A stretch of 51,155 nucleotides of DNA, from positions 1-51,155 of the forward strand of contig UYFQ01000648.1 in NCBI GenBank assembly GCA_900617105.1, given 5' to 3'. A program made the position numbers and the translations under genes. Positions within the stretch are counted from its first letter, which is position 1. Each line of letters opens with the position of its first letter. The notes beneath the pieces were generated by a model that had not been told where the DNA came from, did not search any database, and saw only the letters and a list, made by a program, of their open reading frames with translations. Below are positions 46,233-51,155 of the stretch, piece after piece. Origin of the DNA: Hydrurus foetidus. Taxonomy: Eukaryota.

Positions 46233-49200
46233 ATGCTTTTATCATTCATTGAAGGCGACAGCCATGAGCACTATCGTCTTCTGATTCACTCATTGACTCA
46301 TGAGCACGCTCAAAGTCATGGAGAGAGACATCTTCTTATTTTGCAAAAGTGGATGCGAGATAATCATGACGGGTATGTTATGACTGCGTGAACGAACTGA
46401 AATGATATAGAAGGCTGTCCATCCCTGATAATGTCAATCGCACCTTTGCCACATAGCATTATTTTACAGGATTTAGAGCATGTCACAGAAATTTTGAGGA
46501 TCGTCAAGGGCTTCCTGTCCTCCAACGCAAAAACATTCAAACCGATAGTGCAGCTGATACTAGCTCTCTGTTGTAAGGTAAGGATCGTTACGCGGTGATA
46601 ATATGCAGCAGTGATATTCATATAGAGAGGTGCTGACTTTTGGTTATTTATGGAATTCAATTGCTGTAGCCTCTGCTCGAGTCAAAAGCTAATGAAAGGC
46701 TCCGTCCTAAAGGAATGGCAGACATGAAGTTATTCTACAAAGCAATTGCTGCATTTTGCATAGATGCCGATAATGAATTGAAGAGGGCGGTTGTGCACTG
46801 CTTTCGGTGCATAGTTGGTGGTGGAAATGATCCACTGGTACTTCATGTAGAAGCTGTAGCTTCAAAAGTGAAGAAGAACAAGGTGGCTGTAACTGACATC
46901 GCATTTCTCCAATCCCTCATCAGAGATTCAGCGATAATAGACTTCATAGTACTTGAGTTCCTCGAATCAGTTGATATTCTAGAGAAGGACTTCAAGGACT
47001 TCACGGAATCTTCTTTGCTATTCTCGCGTGGTCCTCGACAGAGTAGTGGAACAACGAAACAGAAATCATTACGGGAAACTCTTAGGGAGTACGGAATACC
47101 TGATGACTATAAAGCGGAGGAATGTTCTGAAGAAGAGAAGTTCCTATACATAGAAAAAGGCAACGAGGATGATGTTATTCTTGTAGATGACTGTGGGATT
47201 GAGAAACGTACAGAAGGTGTGGTTGTAACACTTCCTATGATAAATGCACAGAAATCCGCTGTAAGTCAGAGAGAACAATTAACAGCTGATATAGTGGAAC
47301 TCTGTGCAGAATTGGCACGTGATGACGTCAGTGCCGGAATAATGAGTTCAATGAGAACATGCGATGGTGTCATCAAATTCCTAAATTTTCTTAGGAAAGA
47401 AAATATGAGGGATAAAAGAATAAACTCTTTAATTGATTTGCTGTGGACACTTCTGGAGTCATTCTTGCATCAACTAAAAGATAATCACGATGCAAACAGC
47501 ATGCATGACAACACCTCTGCAGTAATTGATTTCAGTGGTATCATAGATCAAGAACCTGCGGTTCAAGTTCTGCACGGTTTAATTATTTCGTACGCACAAG
47601 AAGGATTTAGAAATTCGGATAAAGAATGTCGAAACGAAGTTCTGAATGTTCTCACACTTCTTGCAGAATCTTCTTCTTCACATTCTGCATTCTTGGAAAT
47701 AGGATTATTCAATGACGTACTTTATTTTGCATGTTACGCAGAATGTTCTTCGTTCTCTGGAATGTTCCCTGAGTGGCTAGATCAGCATCCTCAATCGTCA
47801 TCCAATCCTAGGAACTTCGGAACAAATAGTGAGATTGATTTACAATTTAAGCGAGGACTCTGGATCCTGATTTCAGATCTCTTACAACACGACAATCTTG
47901 CCGCGCTATCATGTGTCAGCCAATCGCCTCTCTTACTCTCCCTTCTTCTCTACCTCGAATTCGACACTCTTCCCCTCATCAACCAGAGGGTACACACACC
48001 TGCTGGTAGTACCCAAGGGGATTTTATCGACTTAGGGGGAGCGGGGGTAGGGGCTGGGTCGGACACATTCCGGGCCAGTGGGATCCTATTCGAATCGTGC
48101 GTACATACATGCACCTGCTGATATGTGCAACTGACATTCACATTGCGCAGCTTATTTGTTTGTTAGGAAGTCTGTAACCTTTCTAAATTCTTCTTGATTT
48201 TTTTCTGCTCAATTTTATTTTATTCTATTTGGTATTAATGGCTATATATGCTCCACTGCACTGCACTCTCACTGCTCTGTCCCTCCCCTCTTGAACTGTT
48301 CCTATCTAAGCACATAGCATCATATCTTCTCCCCTCACCATTCCATCTCTTCGTATCCGAGATAGAGCATCCCGCTGTTCTGCACTCGCATACCTCATCA
48401 CCATTACCATCCACTGCATTGCATTACTTCACTCCATGATTTCATTTTACACCTTCACTTCACAATCTCCTCTTACCCCTATTAACATTTTAGAGTGTCC
48501 CGTCAGAGATCGGATACAGCTGATAGTGAGGACCAAGAAGGACGAGCTCTGTCCCCAGAGGGTCCAGAAGAGGAACCATTCCCGGATAGATTCTCTCTCA
48601 CCAGAGAGTCAGAAGACACGTACAAAAATAAACGCGTACGTACAACGGGCAAGACATTTACAAGTGATGTGAAGAATTTTACCGGTGGTATCGTAGAGGA
48701 CCGGTCTTTTTTGGCGGGTATACCGTTGGTGCAGATGTTACAGTTACAGGTATTAGCCGTGACTTTACTAGCCGATATCGGATCGAAATTAGTGGACGCT
48801 TTTATGTCCATTGATGGACCTTTACGAGTGTATGACGTGGCGATGCACTACTGCAATTCTGACGTGGAGGGGCATGTCAACGTGGTGGGTACCGTGCTGA
48901 TACTGCTTAACAGACTGCTAGTTGTGTCTGATGCTGTGAGGGGTGTGCTGGAGACACAAGACACTGTGCAGCTGTGTCTATACGCCTTTGAGAGGAGTGA
49001 AGAGGACCACACAAAAGCACAGGCAATACGGTCCATCTCTCTGCTCTGTACCTCCACCCTCTGTCAGTCCAGACTGAGGGAATTAGAGGGAATTCAGTTC
49101 CTAGTTCTCGCCCTCAAAAGATGTGTGACGTCTAGGAGGGTGTTAGTGGGGTTGAAGGCGGGTATCAAGATTGCAGATAAACACACACTTGACAAGGTGG

Positions 49201-51155
49201 GGTACATCTGTCTTAGTACATACTATGTGATGTTGCCTGGTCTACTCCTGTAATGTATACTCATGTTATGTCATGCCATGTTACATGATCTGTCATATTA
49301 TGTCACCTGTTGTCCTTTTCTTTTCTTGTATAGAATTTTCTTTTCCTGCGTCATCTTGTCTCATCATATCTAGGCTCCGTTTACATTGGTGGAGTCACTG
49401 GATTCTCAATCTTAGTGTACTTTCTTTTCTTCCTCATTGAATAGCGCTATCTGCAAGAGTAACAATAGTAGCCTCTTCGATGCATCTTTTACCACCATTT
49501 TCTCGCTCTCCTCTCCCCTCGTCTCCTCTCCTTCTTCTCTGCATCTGCTCTTCATTCCCCTCTATTTCCCTCCAGAACGATCCATGTTTGCTGCCCTTGG
49601 CGGGTGACGTCAGTGACTACGTGGTGGCTCTGCTGGACTGCTTGTCAAAAGCTGTCGTAGGTGAGGGACAGACGGACACATGATATGCAGTGAGAGGGCA
49701 TGGCATAATTAAATAGACATACATATGTGCTGTGCTGTGCTGTGCTGTGCTATCTTGTGATATCTTGTGCTACGCTGTGATTTGATATGCTATGCTGTGA
49801 AATGATGTGATGTGCTTTTCTGTGCTATGCTGTGCTGATTCACCAACGTATTCCCATCTCACCCCCTCCCTCTACCGCCACCACCCACACCTCTCCCTCT
49901 CTGTAATTAGGTAACCGTTTATCACAGAGCCAGTTGGCCAAGGATGACGGCATAGACGTACTGTTGGAACTGCTGGAAGTGTCACCGTACGTACTCAGAC
50001 TGCCCGTACTGCGCCTGCTCTCTGATCTGCTGGACAATACTGAACTAGCAGGGTATGCGAGGTACGTCCATTCCCTTTCCTAGAGCTAGGGCAGTACGCA
50101 GGAGGATTGAGGTGCATGCGTGATGTGTGGTGTAATGCACCGCTGTGATTCTGATGCGGATGACCACGTCAGCATTATAGTAACAGTGTTGACGTTGCCT
50201 AGAAGACAGTGGCATCTACGTGTATTGACTGGGGAGTCTTTCATGATCAGCATGTATCATATTAATAATCAATGCTGTATCATAACGGGCCTACCGTATC
50301 TTACCGTTACAGGGCATGGAAATCTCCACGAACTATGCGGTCAGCGGTACAGCTCGCTACTCACTGTTGGCTTGATGAAGAAGTGAGACTAGGGGGAGTG
50401 CGCTCCAACGGCATCATCTCTAACATACTGGACCCGCTCGGAAGCCACAACGACAACGACCCATCCCCAGGAGTAGGAACGGGGACGGTGGTGGGGACGG
50501 GGGTAGGAATAAGTATGGAACTAATCCCTTTACCGAATATGTCCGTGTCTACGGCCAGTTCCGGTACGGAGACCTCCCGGTCGCTCGCAGTGTCCCGGCT
50601 GAGTGCGGCTATTCTACAGAGTAGGTTCTCTGACTCCATCCCTTTGGGGAACGTTCCGCTGAATATGAGACACTCCGCGCTGGAAAATGATACCAGGTGT
50701 GTGGAAACAATGGGATGGGATGGGATGGGATGGGATGGGATGGGATGGGATGGGATGGGATGGGATGGGATGGGATGGGATGGGATGGGATGGGATGGGA
50801 TGGGATGAGATGTCATGTGAAGGATGGATGGATGTATGTATGTATGTACGTGCGTTCGTCTGAATGATTCGTTGACTCGCCGTCCTTTCCTATATTTTTA
50901 TTCTTCTTCCTCTCAACTCTTTCTATCTGTTCTTTTCCTCTGTCCCTCTTTCCTGTCTGGTCCCTTCCTGCCCTGTCCTGCTCTCCCTGTCCCTTCCTGC
51001 TCTGCTCTGCTCTCCCTTTCCTGCTCTGCTCTGTCCTGCCCTACCCTGTCCTGCTCTGCCCTTTCCTGCTCTGCTCTGCCTGTCCTGTCCTGCCCTGCTC
51101 AGCTCCGTCCTGTCCTGCCCTGCTCAGCTCTGTCCTGTCCTGCCCTGCTCAGCTC
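46233..51155 (+). CDS. CFAP69: Cilia- and flagella-associated protein 69-like ARM-repeat protein, multi-exon, runs off the window
   Basis: Exon 1 MLLSF..ERHLLILQKW..G-IILQDLEHV; LIDLLWTLLE, EGFRNSDKECRNEVL, DLQFKRGLW, DGIDVLLELLE..LLSDLLDN, LATHCWLDEE. The last visible exon ends near 50696. Family recognised from memory. Confidence 0.75.
50709..50807. repeat. (ATGGG)n microsatellite in an intron
   Basis: About 19 perfect copies. Confidence 0.97.
50935..51155. repeat. Degenerate pyrimidine-rich pentamer repeat (CTGTC/CTGCC/CTGCT)
   Basis: Direct reading; intronic. Confidence 0.9.

Noticed and set aside
50361..50816. 151-aa minus-strand ORF with (SHPIP)n
   Set aside because: Translation of the (ATGGG)n microsatellite plus the antisense of a CFAP69 exon.

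Overview
Eukaryotic, intron-containing genomic DNA from a flagellated organism (CFAP69 is present). The gene style suggests a stramenopile such as a chrysophyte, which is inference only. The first 13 kb is a nested retroelement complex. A Ty1/Copia element (251-12990; 395-bp LTRs with 1 mismatch; TSD AGAAT) has a heavily decayed gag-pol and carries two antisense insertions of one Ty3/Gypsy chromovirus LTR family, each with a 4-bp TSD. One is a 6.1-kb defective element (3337-9460). The other is a 974-bp non-coding mini-element (10908-11881) built from sense and antisense LTRs joined at a palindromic PBS-position motif, ATAGCGCTAT. The Copia PBS is non-canonical: it matches the tRNA-Arg(UCU) anticodon arm and is also perfectly complementary over 11 nt to a site inside its own LTR, the geometry of Tf1-type self-priming. 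The rest of the window holds host genes: a Cdc7/SepH/MAP3K-epsilon kinase, a membrane-anchored protein with phage-structural-like motifs, SMC4, glycyl-tRNA synthetase, Got1-like, an Asteroid/XPG-like PIN protein, SF3A1 and a 3'-truncated CFAP69. There are also MITE-like elements and pentamer-based intronic repeats. All calls come from reading the sequence; no database searches were run.
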